From: a bacterium
GTDB taxonomy: Bacteria; Omnitrophota; Gorgyraeia; Zapsychrales; Zapsychraceae
Assembly (NCBI GenBank): GCA_030429765.1
Contig: JAUIER010000008.1
Coordinates: 83,403-147,402 of the forward strand
Length of the DNA: 64,000 nucleotides
Direction: 5' to 3'
The notes beneath the pieces are model-generated. The model had not been told where the DNA came from. It saw only the letters and a list, made by a program, of their open reading frames with translations, and did not search any database. Shown in pieces: positions 19,890 to 28,403 of the stretch (position 1 is the stretch's first letter; each line of letters opens with the position of its first letter). The translations under genes and the position numbers were made by a program.

Positions 19890-20792
19890 ATGAAAATTGC
19901 GGTATCGGGATCGACAGGGTTAATCGGAACAGCGCTGATCAAGAATCTGAAATCTCAGGGGCATGATATCGTACGCATCGCGCGGCCGGGCGGCAGCTAT
20001 CCGCCGGGCGAAGAGGTCATGCTGATGGACCATAAAACACGGTCCATCGACCAGAAAAAGCTCGACGAGTGTGATATTGTCATCCATTTGGCCGGGGCCG
20101 GCATCGCCGACAAGCGCTGGACGGATGATTACAAATCGGAAATCTTGCTCAGCCGGGTGGAGAGTACCAAATTTTTATCCGAGGCGCTGGCGGTCAGCAC
20201 CACTCCGCCCAAACTGTTTATCTGTGCCTCGGCGATTGGTTATTACGGGAATGCCGACGCGGACGTCACCTTTGACGAAAATTCATCGGCGGGCCGCGGA
20301 TTTTTGGCGGATGTCTGTCATCAATGGGAGGCCGCGACGCAAACAGCCTCGGAGCGGGGGATCCGTGTGGTGAACCTGCGCATCAGCGCGGTCTTAAGCC
20401 GTAAAGGCGGGGCGATTGCCAAGATGTGGATGCCGTTTATCATGGGTGTCGGCGGCAAGCTCGGCGACGGAAAACAAATGTTCAGTTGGATTGCGCTCGA
20501 CGAAATTCCGCGTATAATAGACTATATCATTGAAAACGAATTGCTCATGGGGCCGGTCAACGCGACGGCGCCAAATCCGGTATCCAATGCCGAATTCACC
20601 AAGGTCTTCGGATCGGTGATCAAACGTCCGACGATCTTTCCGGTGCCGGCCTTCGGGGCGCGGCTGCTGTTTGGTGAGATGGCTGACGCAATGCTGTTGA
20701 GCGGTTCACGGGTCGTTCCCAAGAAACTGCTCGATGCCGGTTACACATTCAAATACGGTGAACTTGGGCCGGCGCTCAAGGCCAGCCTTTAA
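19890..20792 (+). CDS. TIGR01777/YfcH-like NAD-dependent epimerase-family protein
   Basis: N-terminal Rossmann motif MKIAVSGSTGLIG plus a C-terminal DUF1731-like region. Confidence 0.6.
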   Translation: MKIAVSGSTGLIGTALIKNLKSQGHDIVRIARPGGSYPPGEEVMLMDHKTRSIDQKKLDECDIVIHLAGAGIADKRWTDDYKSEILLSRVESTKFLSEALAVSTTPPKLFICASAIGYYGNADADVTFDENSSAGRGFLADVCHQWEAATQTASERGIRVVNLRISAVLSRKGGAIAKMWMPFIMGVGGKLGDGKQMFSWIALDEIPRIIDYIIENELLMGPVNATAPNPVSNAEFTKVFGSVIKRPTIFPVPAFGARLLFGEMADAMLLSGSRVVPKKLLDAGYTFKYGELGPALKASL

Positions 20793-20804
20793 TTTTTTGC
20801 AGCG

Positions 20805-21104
20805 ATGATTCAGGAATTCACGGCGCATATACAACTATTAATCGTACGTCTGCACATTCCGGCCGCACAATCCTTAAAAGATAAGCGGATGGTTATCCGC
20901 AGTATCAAGGACCGGGCCCGCGCGAAGTTCAATGTCTCGCTGGCCGAACTTGATCATCAGAATAAATGGCAAGTCTCGACGCTGGGCTTTATCATGATCG
21001 GCAGTGATCACCGTCATGTTCAGTCCGCGCTGCAGAACCTGCTGACGTTCATCGGCCGCAATCCGGCGGTGGACATCTGTGAATCCGAAATACAGGAACT
21101 ATAA
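20805..21104 (+). CDS. DUF503-family protein
   Basis: 99-aa protein with the typical DUF503 pattern IQLLIVRLHIP..SLKDKR. Confidence 0.5.
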   Translation: MIQEFTAHIQLLIVRLHIPAAQSLKDKRMVIRSIKDRARAKFNVSLAELDHQNKWQVSTLGFIMIGSDHRHVQSALQNLLTFIGRNPAVDICESEIQEL

Positions 21105-21106
21105 AT

Positions 21107-22813
21107 ATGTCGTATCTGGTTTTAGCCCGTAAACACCGTCCGCAGACATTTAAAGATGTCATCGGTCAGGAACACATTACGGATATTCTGATTAAAAGTA
21201 TTGAGACCGACCGCATGGCGCACGCGTATCTGTTTTGCGGACCGCGCGGTGTGGGAAAGACGACCTGCGCGCGGATCGTGGCCATGTGCCTGAACTGCGA
21301 AGACGGGCCTAAAACGGTACCGCCGGCGGACAGCGATGTTTGCCGGGAGATCGCCGAGGGCCGCAGTTTTGATGTGCTCGAGATCGACGGGGCCTCCAAC
21401 CGCGGGATTGATGAGGTGCGGATGCTGCGCGAGAATGTCAAGTTTGCGCCGACCTCGGGCAAATTCAAGATCTATATCGTCGACGAGGTCCACATGCTCA
21501 CCACCGAGGCGTTTAACGCGTTGTTAAAGACGCTGGAAGAGCCGCCCGAACACGTCAAGTTTATCTTTGCCACGACCGAACCGAATAAAGTTCCCGCGAC
21601 GATTATCTCGCGGTGTCAGCGATACGATTTTAAACGCATTCCGGTACCGAAGATCATCGAAGGACTTAAGGAGGTCAGCCGCAAAGAGAAGTACACCATC
21701 GACGAGCAGGCGCTGTTTGCCATTGCCAAGGCGGCTCAGGGAGGGCTGCGTGACGCGTTGAGTATCCTGGACCAATTGAGTGCGTTGAGTGATAAAGGCA
21801 TCGGCGAGGCCGATGTGTATTCAATGCTCGGTCTTGTCGAAGTGGATTTACTGTTTGATCTGGTTGATCACATCGGTGACGGCGATTGCGCCAAGGCCTT
21901 GGAGACGCTCGACGCGGTGGTCAACAAAGGCAAGGACGTCAAGCAATTGATCAAGGAGCTCACCGAACACTACCGGCATCTGATGGTCATCAAGGTCGGC
22001 GGTAAGACGCTAGGCAAGTTGGTGGACTATCCGGTGGCCATCAAGGAGCTGTTGCTCAAACAAACCGACAAATTTGAACTATCCGATATCATTCAGTCGA
22101 TAGATACCTTGATCGCGGCCCAGGACGCCGCGCGCATCACCGAGAATATCCGCATGGCGCTTGAAGTGGCCATTGCGCGCTTATCGTATCGCGGACAGTT
22201 GCCGGCATCCGCCGCGAAGCCGAGTCCGGCCGCGGCCAGACCCACGCCGTCGCGTACGGCCAGTGCCGCCCCGGCGGCATCACCGGTCCTGAAAAATAAA
22301 CGCGGGGCCGTCGACAATGTCGGATCCCCCAAGCCGGCCGCTAAACCCGAACCCAAGCCGACAATGTCGGACCAGGTCGATGACGAACTGTCACGGCTCG
22401 ACGAGCCGGAAGAAAAACCGCCCGTGGTGGATATCGGTGAACCGTTGGCCGTCCAAGAAGAGGTTGAGCTGGACCTCGAGCATGTGCGAAAGGTATGGGA
22501 TTTGTTGACCTCGGCGGTAAGCAAGGAAAAGATGTCGATTGCCACATGTCTGCAGGAAGGGATGCCCACACGGCTTGACAGTAAATATCTCTATATCGGC
22601 TTTCCGCCGAAATGCAGTTTTCATCGGGACAGCGTCGATGATCAAAACAACCGCATGATGATCGAGCGGATCTTCAGCGAACAGTTAAAGCACAAGGTGT
22701 CGCTCAAGTTTGAGATGGTCGAAGAGGTCGAGGAGGCCCGGATGGACGACAATGTCCAGTCGACGCTCGACGCCTTTGGCGGCAAGGTGGTCAACCGCTG
22801 GCACAATGAATAA
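21107..22813 (+). CDS. dnaX: DNA polymerase III subunit gamma/tau
   Basis: LARKHRPQTFKDVIGQEH...LFCGPRGVGKTT AAA+ clamp-loader N-terminus. Confidence 0.9.
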   Translation: MSYLVLARKHRPQTFKDVIGQEHITDILIKSIETDRMAHAYLFCGPRGVGKTTCARIVAMCLNCEDGPKTVPPADSDVCREIAEGRSFDVLEIDGASNRGIDEVRMLRENVKFAPTSGKFKIYIVDEVHMLTTEAFNALLKTLEEPPEHVKFIFATTEPNKVPATIISRCQRYDFKRIPVPKIIEGLKEVSRKEKYTIDEQALFAIAKAAQGGLRDALSILDQLSALSDKGIGEADVYSMLGLVEVDLLFDLVDHIGDGDCAKALETLDAVVNKGKDVKQLIKELTEHYRHLMVIKVGGKTLGKLVDYPVAIKELLLKQTDKFELSDIIQSIDTLIAAQDAARITENIRMALEVAIARLSYRGQLPASAAKPSPAAARPTPSRTASAAPAASPVLKNKRGAVDNVGSPKPAAKPEPKPTMSDQVDDELSRLDEPEEKPPVVDIGEPLAVQEEVELDLEHVRKVWDLLTSAVSKEKMSIATCLQEGMPTRLDSKYLYIGFPPKCSFHRDSVDDQNNRMMIERIFSEQLKHKVSLKFEMVEEVEEARMDDNVQSTLDAFGGKVVNRWHNE

Positions 22814-22850
22814 ATCAGTCCTAACGATCTAACATCCACAAGGAAACAAC

Positions 22851-23450
22851 GTGAGCTATCCTCAACTTCTGGAAAATTTTATCAATCAGCTTTCCCGACT
22901 GCCCGGTGTCGGCCGGCGCAGCGCCGAGCGGATGGCGTTCTGGTTTCTGGACCAGGCCAATGAAGACGTCATGGGCTTCGCGCGTGACATGGCCCGGCTC
23001 AAGGAAGGGCTGATGTTCTGTGCGCGCTGCAATCATTTGAGCGACGGCGAGATCTGCACGATCTGTGAGGATGCCGACCGCGATCAAAAGACGGTCTGTG
23101 TGGTCGAAGATCCCAAAGACGTGATCGCGATTGAAAAATCCGGATCCTACCGCGGGATCTATCATGTGCTGTTGGGCTCCATCTCGCCGGGAGACGGCCG
23201 CGGTCCTGAACAATTAAAGATCCAGCAGCTGCTCGACCGGGTCCGGCAGGAAGAGGTCGTCGAAGTGGTGATTGCCACCGATCCGGACAGTGACGGCGAA
23301 ATGACCGCCATCTATCTCACCAAACAACTCAAACCCCTGGGGATCCGTGTCAGCCGTATCGGCGTCGGGTTACCCGTCGGTGGATCACTCGAATTCGCCG
23401 ATATGTCCACCCTCAGCATGTCGCTGAACGCGCGCCGCGTTATTGAATAA
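22851..23450 (+). CDS. recR: Recombination protein RecR
   Basis: HhH N-terminus; C4 zinc finger CARCNHLSDGEICTIC; Toprim domain. Confidence 0.9.
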   Translation: MSYPQLLENFINQLSRLPGVGRRSAERMAFWFLDQANEDVMGFARDMARLKEGLMFCARCNHLSDGEICTICEDADRDQKTVCVVEDPKDVIAIEKSGSYRGIYHVLLGSISPGDGRGPEQLKIQQLLDRVRQEEVVEVVIATDPDSDGEMTAIYLTKQLKPLGIRVSRIGVGLPVGGSLEFADMSTLSMSLNARRVIE

Positions 23451-23485
23451 CGGCGACTGATTCATATCAAAAATATTGAAAGAAG

Positions 23486-24037
23486 TTAACGGCCTGATCG
23501 CAATCGGCTTTGATTGCTGAGTGATCGGGCGCGGTTTTGATTCGAGAATCCTCGGGCCGTATCACGATTGGTTCGCCGCAGGCGATTATTGGAGGTTGAG
23601 CGTGTGACTTTATTGGGAGGGCGATTGCTGTTGGACAGGCGCTGCGCGTTGGGGCGGTTGCTGCCCGAGCTGCCGGAACTCACGGAATCCGATCCGGCGG
23701 ACGAGCGAATACGCGGTGTCCGTCGACGACGACGGGTTTCGTCGCCCGTCGATGATCCGGAACCATACTGATTCTGAATGGAATCAATGCGCTCTTCGAT
23801 CTGTCGATATTTAAACAGGATGTACTCGTGACGGTGATTGTCTTGGATGTATTTGAGCATGGAGGGATCGCTTTTGAGCTCGGTCCAGATTTTTTTCTGA
23901 CGTGTTTCGTCTTTGTCGTTGTAGGCCGCGACATAATCACGCACCAATTGACTGGCGCGTTCGTTGGTCTGGGCAGAGGCCTGTTCGGCCGGCCCGAGCA
24001 GCAGGATGACAACAACAATGGTCCAAAGCTTTGACAT
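23486..24037 (-). CDS. Secreted hypothetical protein with Ser/Arg/Asn-rich low-complexity tail
   Basis: Signal peptide; the C-terminal 80 aa are dominated by S, R and N. Confidence 0.4.
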   Translation of the reverse strand: MSKLWTIVVVILLLGPAEQASAQTNERASQLVRDYVAAYNDKDETRQKKIWTELKSDPSMLKYIQDNHRHEYILFKYRQIEERIDSIQNQYGSGSSTGDETRRRRRTPRIRSSAGSDSVSSGSSGSNRPNAQRLSNSNRPPNKVTRSTSNNRLRRTNRDTARGFSNQNRARSLSNQSRLRSGR

Positions 24038-24098
24038 AATCGGATTATAGCATGGCCGTCGGTGGCATTAACGGATTATTTGCAAAATTTCGTTCCGG

Positions 24099-24350
24099 TT
24101 ACGTGATGTGCGACGCCCCCCGAAAGACATTGGAGGGAAGGTTCTTCGGCGACGGGGTGACTTCAATCATTTTGATATTCTGCGTGTGCAGAAAGATCAG
24201 CCGTCCGTCGAGCTCAAAGCACAGTGTGTTGGTGTCGCCGATCTTGTGGATGTCATTGGCCACACTGATCGTGTCCTCGGTATTGGCGTTGAACTCAAAG
24301 CGCATGGTCGTTCCGTCATTAAAATAGACTTTACAGGTTTCGGTTGTCAT
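24099..24350 (-). CDS. Hypothetical small protein
   Basis: 83-aa ORF with a plausible start context; no recognisable motif. Confidence 0.3.
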   Translation of the reverse strand: MTTETCKVYFNDGTTMRFEFNANTEDTISVANDIHKIGDTNTLCFELDGRLIFLHTQNIKMIEVTPSPKNLPSNVFRGASHIT

Positions 24351-24575
24351 GATGCCCTCCTTTGGTCAATCATTAGCTCATACCTTTATTATAGATCAGT
24401 TTGAAACAGCCGCCTACCGAATTTTTGGTGAAGCGCGACGCGGTCGGTCCGCCCGGACACGTTGAGGGATGTGCTCCTAAGTTTATGACATCAGGGAGGT
24501 TGGAGCAAGGTGGCTGGAATTCAATGATCGGCTGGCGTATCTGAGATACGGGGAACGTTTAGTTGAATTTGATCA

Positions 24576-24603
24576 TTGACAATTCAATGAAATTCGCTAT
24601 AAT
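24576..24603 (+). promoter_or_regulatory. Sigma70 consensus promoter (TTGACA-N16-TATAAT) overlapped by a TTGAATT/AATTCAA inverted repeat
   Basis: Exact -35 and -10 hexamers; downstream hairpin CCCCCG-N12-CGGGGG at about 24635-24658. Confidence 0.55.
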
Positions 24604-24667
24604 TCCAATCATATTTGCGGTTCGAAACATCCCCCGAAACAACAGCGCCGGGGGCTGCTCTTTATAG

Positions 24668-24787
24668 ATTTAATCCCCGATCCCGCCAAAAATCGTGGCG
24701 GGCTCGCCCGCCTTAAGAGTATGGTGGGCTCATCCGCCTCAAAGTTATGACGGATGATTTGGGAAAAAACTTTAATCCCCGATAGCT
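24668..24787. repeat. ~120-bp direct repeat copy 1; contains CCGCC/GGCGG palindromes and ends with a 13-nt copy of the tRNA-Asn 5' end
   Basis: Near-identical to 25152-25273; internal palindromes CCGCCAaaaatcgTGGCGG and GGCGGGCtcGCCCGCC. Confidence 0.8.
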
Positions 24788-24880
24788 CCCCGCCAAAAAA
24801 TCGTGGCGGGCTCGCCCGCCTTCAGACTTTGGCGGGTTCAGCCGCCGGAATAATATAGCGGGTCCGCCAAGGTTTTTGGC
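24788..24880. repeat. Array of REP-like CCGCC/GGCGG hairpins (partial third repeat copy)
   Basis: ccgccaaaaaatcgtggcgggctcgcccgcc...ggcgggttcagccgcc...gcgggtccgccaaggtttttggcgg. Confidence 0.6.
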
Positions 24881-24898
24881 GGAACATCAAGGGGATAT

Positions 24899-25150
24899 AT
24901 GTTTTACGTATATGTGTTAAAAAGTAGACGGAATGGGAGGCATTATACAGGCTTCACGTCGAAAAATCCCGAGCAACGTCTTAAAGAACATAACTCGGGA
25001 TCCAATGCATACACAAAAGGAAATAGACCGTATCAATTGATTTATTGGGAACAGTACGCTGATAAATCGTTTGCATTGAAACGTGAGAAATTTCTAAAAT
25101 CTGGAGTCGGCCGAAGAGTACTAACTAGAAAACTCCAGTCTGATCTTTAA
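24899..25150 (+). CDS. YhbQ/UPF0213-like GIY-YIG nuclease-family small protein
   Basis: YVYVLKS..GRHYTGFT...R..EHN GIY-YIG motif; 83 aa. Confidence 0.7.
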   Translation: MFYVYVLKSRRNGRHYTGFTSKNPEQRLKEHNSGSNAYTKGNRPYQLIYWEQYADKSFALKREKFLKSGVGRRVLTRKLQSDL

Positions 25151-25151
25151 A

Positions 25152-25273
25152 ATTTAATCCCCGATCCCGCCAAAAAATCGTGGCGGGCTCGCCCGCCTTA
25201 AGAGTATGGTGGGCTCATCCGCCTCAAAGTTATGACGGATGATTTGGGAAAAAAATTTAATCCCCGATAGCTC
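25152..25273. repeat. ~120-bp direct repeat copy 2, running into the 5' end of tRNA-Asn
   Basis: About 98% identical to 24668-24787. Confidence 0.8.
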
Positions 25274-25336
25274 AGTTGGTAGAGCAGCTGGCTGTTAACC
25301 AGCTTGTCCGTGGTTCGAGTCCACGTCGGGGAGCCA
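25261..25336 (+). tRNA. tRNA-Asn(GUU) with encoded CCA
   Basis: TCCCCGATAGCTCAGTTGGTAGAGC...anticodon loop CTGTTAA...GGTTCGAGTCC...TCGGGGAGCCA. Confidence 0.9.
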
Positions 25337-25376
25337 TATAAAAAAAGGGTATTGCACTAGCAATACCCTTTTTTTA
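25337..25376. terminator. Bidirectional intrinsic terminator
   Basis: AAAAAAAGGGTATTGC-acta-GCAATACCCTTTTTTT perfect hairpin flanked by A and T runs. Confidence 0.7.
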
Positions 25377-25686
25377 TATGATTTCTGGCTAAAAATTGAA
25401 CAAAGACCGCAGGGCAGTGAGAGTTCACTAGTGTGTAACGCAGTTACACACGTCGGGGAGTGATTCGACGCGCCCCTCGTTTCACTCGGTGCTTGCTCAT
25501 CATTGTTGGTGAACATAGTATAGTGAGACGAGGGGCTTTTTTTCGAAGAATCCTGAGCGAACGATGGTGAGCGAGGCCGAAGGCCGAGTCGAGCCAGAGT
25601 GAGTCGAAGGATGCAGTGAATCCCGTCGCAATATTAATCATATCCCCCAGAAAAGTTGTATTCATGTTCCCCAAGATTATCAGTCT

Positions 25687-25941
25687 ATGTACTATCTTTA
25701 TATTCTCAGATGTCAGAGAGGAAAGCTGTACACGGGGATTACGTCAGATATCCAACGCAGATTCAAGGAACATCGTCGTAAAAAGGCACATTTCACGTCC
25801 TACAATTTGCCAGAAGAAGTAATTTATACGGAAACTTTTCCAGACAGAAAGCAAGCCGCTAAAAGAGAACGCCAACTCAAGCGCTGGACCCGCGCCAAGA
25901 AAATGGCGTTGATTGATCGGGGAATTGTGAGTATTATTTAA
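25687..25941 (+). CDS. Second YhbQ-like GIY-YIG nuclease-family small protein (paralog)
   Basis: YYLYILRCQRGKLYTGITSDIQRRFKEH motif; 84 aa. Confidence 0.7.
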   Translation: MYYLYILRCQRGKLYTGITSDIQRRFKEHRRKKAHFTSYNLPEEVIYTETFPDRKQAAKRERQLKRWTRAKKMALIDRGIVSII

Positions 25942-25943
25942 TT

Positions 25944-26606
25944 ATGAAGTTTTTAAGTACACTAAGAGTGTTAAGTATCACTGTTTTGGCTGTTTCTCTG
26001 TCCGGCTGTATTGCGCCGCGTTCAAAGTTCTACCTTCCATCTCAAAGTGAAGCTACGTATTTCGGGCGGGTTAATAAGGCTGTTATGCCATCCGATATTA
26101 GAAATAATGTTGAACAGTATAGTGGCGAAGAAGTTCATTGGGTCGGAATAATACGAGGCCACGAAATTATTGACAAGGACTCAACGAAGATAATTGAGAT
26201 TGAAATAGACCAAAAATACTATGACTATGTATTGGATTATAGTATCCAACGAGAAAAAATGTTTTTATCGCCAAAAGGAGAAGGTATCTTCTATCTAGAC
26301 TTATTTGTAGACGCAGGCATATCGGAGGATGAGCTAAAAAGAATAATAGATCAGCTTAGCATCAAAAATTTAATATTTGCATACGGAGTCGTTCAGGGAT
26401 TAAAGCAAGGAAAACCCGCTGTGAAGGCACTTTATTATGTGATACACGATGAATCAGTGTATGCCACGAATATATTTTCATATGAATATGCTAAAGACGA
26501 GAACGGCAAGGTTATTCTAGGTAGTTCTGGATTTCCTTCATTAACCAATCATGAGGTCTTTCAAACGCCTTTATTTGGAAGAAATCAATCCAAAATCGAT
26601 AAATAA
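25944..26606 (+). CDS. Hypothetical lipoprotein
   Basis: Lipobox LSGC; AT-rich composition. Confidence 0.5.
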   Translation: MKFLSTLRVLSITVLAVSLSGCIAPRSKFYLPSQSEATYFGRVNKAVMPSDIRNNVEQYSGEEVHWVGIIRGHEIIDKDSTKIIEIEIDQKYYDYVLDYSIQREKMFLSPKGEGIFYLDLFVDAGISEDELKRIIDQLSIKNLIFAYGVVQGLKQGKPAVKALYYVIHDESVYATNIFSYEYAKDENGKVILGSSGFPSLTNHEVFQTPLFGRNQSKIDK

Positions 26607-26821
26607 TTTGAAATTGTAATTTTATGCTCTATTTTGCATATCTAGTTATCAAGTTCGTCTACGGGAGCAAGCCGTAATAAAAAGATATTGCTAATGCAAT
26701 GCCCTTTTTGGGTGTGATCCTCTACTTCAAGCTATCTATCAGCAGCATTTATTTTCATCTCAACTGTTGCTAAGCTATATCTTGTTTCATATAGTTATAT
26801 AATAAAGCCAAATCGAGAGAC

Positions 26822-27436
26822 ATGTTGACGACAAAAAATCTATTCAAACTCATAGTTGTGTGTTGTTTCCTGAGCGGATGTTCGGCGGTATCCACGGCCG
26901 GGAACGCGGTTGGAACCGTCGGGCGCGTGGGGTGGACGGCGGCCAAGGTCACGGGCAAAGCGGCCTATCACACCGGCAATGTGGCCTACAAGACCGGTCA
27001 ATTCACCAGTAAGGCGGTCCGAAGTGCCGTCTACATGAAGCAAGGCAAACAGCTAATTCCACTGCGCAAACAGGGCGACAGTTTGTACGTGGATGTCAAG
27101 CTCAATGGCAAGGCCTCGGCGCGCTTGCTGCTGGATACCGGGGCATCGGTGACTCAAATCTCTCACCGGCTGGCCAAGAAGTTACGTATCAAGAAAAATC
27201 AGGGTGTTCCGCTGGAGGTGCGTATTGCCAACGGCCAAATGGTGCGCGGCCGAAAGGTGCGTCTCAAAGAGATCCGGGTGAGAAGTGTTCGCGTGACCGA
27301 CGTGACGGCGATTGTTTTAGATCAAGAGGTGGCCAGTGATACGGACGGATTGCTGGGGATGAGTTTTCTCAAGCACTTTTCGTTTGAGGTCGATGCCGAA
27401 AAAGGCGAACTGCTGTTGCAGCAAAAGGCGTTATAG
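26822..27436 (+). CDS. Retropepsin-like (clan AA) aspartic protease lipoprotein
   Basis: Lipobox LSGC; active-site LLLDTGAS motif. Confidence 0.65.
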   Translation: MLTTKNLFKLIVVCCFLSGCSAVSTAGNAVGTVGRVGWTAAKVTGKAAYHTGNVAYKTGQFTSKAVRSAVYMKQGKQLIPLRKQGDSLYVDVKLNGKASARLLLDTGASVTQISHRLAKKLRIKKNQGVPLEVRIANGQMVRGRKVRLKEIRVRSVRVTDVTAIVLDQEVASDTDGLLGMSFLKHFSFEVDAEKGELLLQQKAL

Positions 27437-27538
27437 TTGTTTGCGTCCGGAATTTCAGTTACAAATATAGAGGGTCATCAATCCTGTTCATACCAAGTGT
27501 GTAAAGTACGCTTTTAACAATTTAACTCAGCGAATCAA

Positions 27539-28075
27539 ATGAAAATCGGTACCTACAATCCAAATGACGCCTCAAACATCGAGCAGTTGTTCATTCAGGC
27601 GTTTTCTGACGCAGAGGGACCGTCGGAGGGTGAGATGATTGGACGGCTTGTCAGGAATTACCTGACCGGCACGGATGCGCCGGACTTTTATTGTTTTACG
27701 GCCGTGGATAGCGTCGAGGTCTTGGGATCAATCTTTTTTTCACGAATCACGTTTGAGTCAGACATCAACGCCTTTATTTTATCGCCCGTTGCTGTAAGGA
27801 CAGATGCGCAAAACCAGGGTATTGGTCAGCGATTGATACGATATGGTCTGGATGATCTATCGAAGCGGGGAGTGGAATTAGTCATTACCTATGGCGATCC
27901 GGTTTTTTATCGTAAGGTTGGTTTTGAGGTTGTCCCCGAAACGAAAATCCCGGCGCCTCTGAGTTTGACCTATCCCGACGGGTGGATGGCGCAGTCCTTA
28001 ACGGACAAGGAGATTCCCGTGATTACCGGAAATTCCGCATGTGTAGCGGCGTTGAACGATCCTGAGTATTGGTAA
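27539..28075 (+). CDS. GNAT-family N-acetyltransferase
   Basis: Acetyl-CoA-binding motif QNQGIGQRLI. Confidence 0.65.
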   Translation: MKIGTYNPNDASNIEQLFIQAFSDAEGPSEGEMIGRLVRNYLTGTDAPDFYCFTAVDSVEVLGSIFFSRITFESDINAFILSPVAVRTDAQNQGIGQRLIRYGLDDLSKRGVELVITYGDPVFYRKVGFEVVPETKIPAPLSLTYPDGWMAQSLTDKEIPVITGNSACVAALNDPEYW

Positions 28076-28100
28076 GTCGCATGGGCAAAAAACATCCCTA

Positions 28101-28140
28101 CCCCATAACCCCCCGGGGCTTTGGGACCAGGTCTTAAAAA
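28101..28140 (+). repeat. Dispersed intergenic repeat, copy A
   Basis: ccccataaCCCCCCGGGGCTTTGGGACCAGGTCTTAAAAA. Confidence 0.7.
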
Positions 28141-28250
28141 CAGGGCGTCGCCTCCCAAGTATCAGCCGTATTCTTGCCGTCGGTTTTACATCTGGACGTT
28201 TATCTCAGAATGTGGCATAATCATCGTACTAATTAACCCGAGGGTTTCGC

Positions 28251-28403
28251 ATGACTTCAATCCAGCTAAAGAAAGAACTTTCAAATATTAAAAAGGCCAG
28301 AGAGCGATTACTACGGGATCGCCGTAAAGCTCGAGCCTTCTTGCGTGCCATTGGTTTGATTGATAGCAACGGTAAGCCCGTAGCTCCCCTCAAACGTAAG
28401 TAA
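28251..28403 (+). CDS. Small basic protein (50 aa), translationally coupled to the downstream ART-like gene; candidate antitoxin or partner
   Basis: Absent from the ORF track. ATG at 28251 follows a GAGGG Shine-Dalgarno and a cataat -10. Its stop TAA overlaps the next start as TAATG. The protein is K/R-rich. Confidence 0.45.
   Translation: MTSIQLKKELSNIKKARERLLRDRRKARAFLRAIGLIDSNGKPVAPLKRK

Noticed and set aside
21107-22813. Looked for a dnaX programmed-frameshift slippery heptamer (A AAA AAG) that would produce the gamma subunit
   Set aside because: No convincing A-AAA-AAG or A-AAA-AAA motif followed by a stem-loop was seen in the gene.
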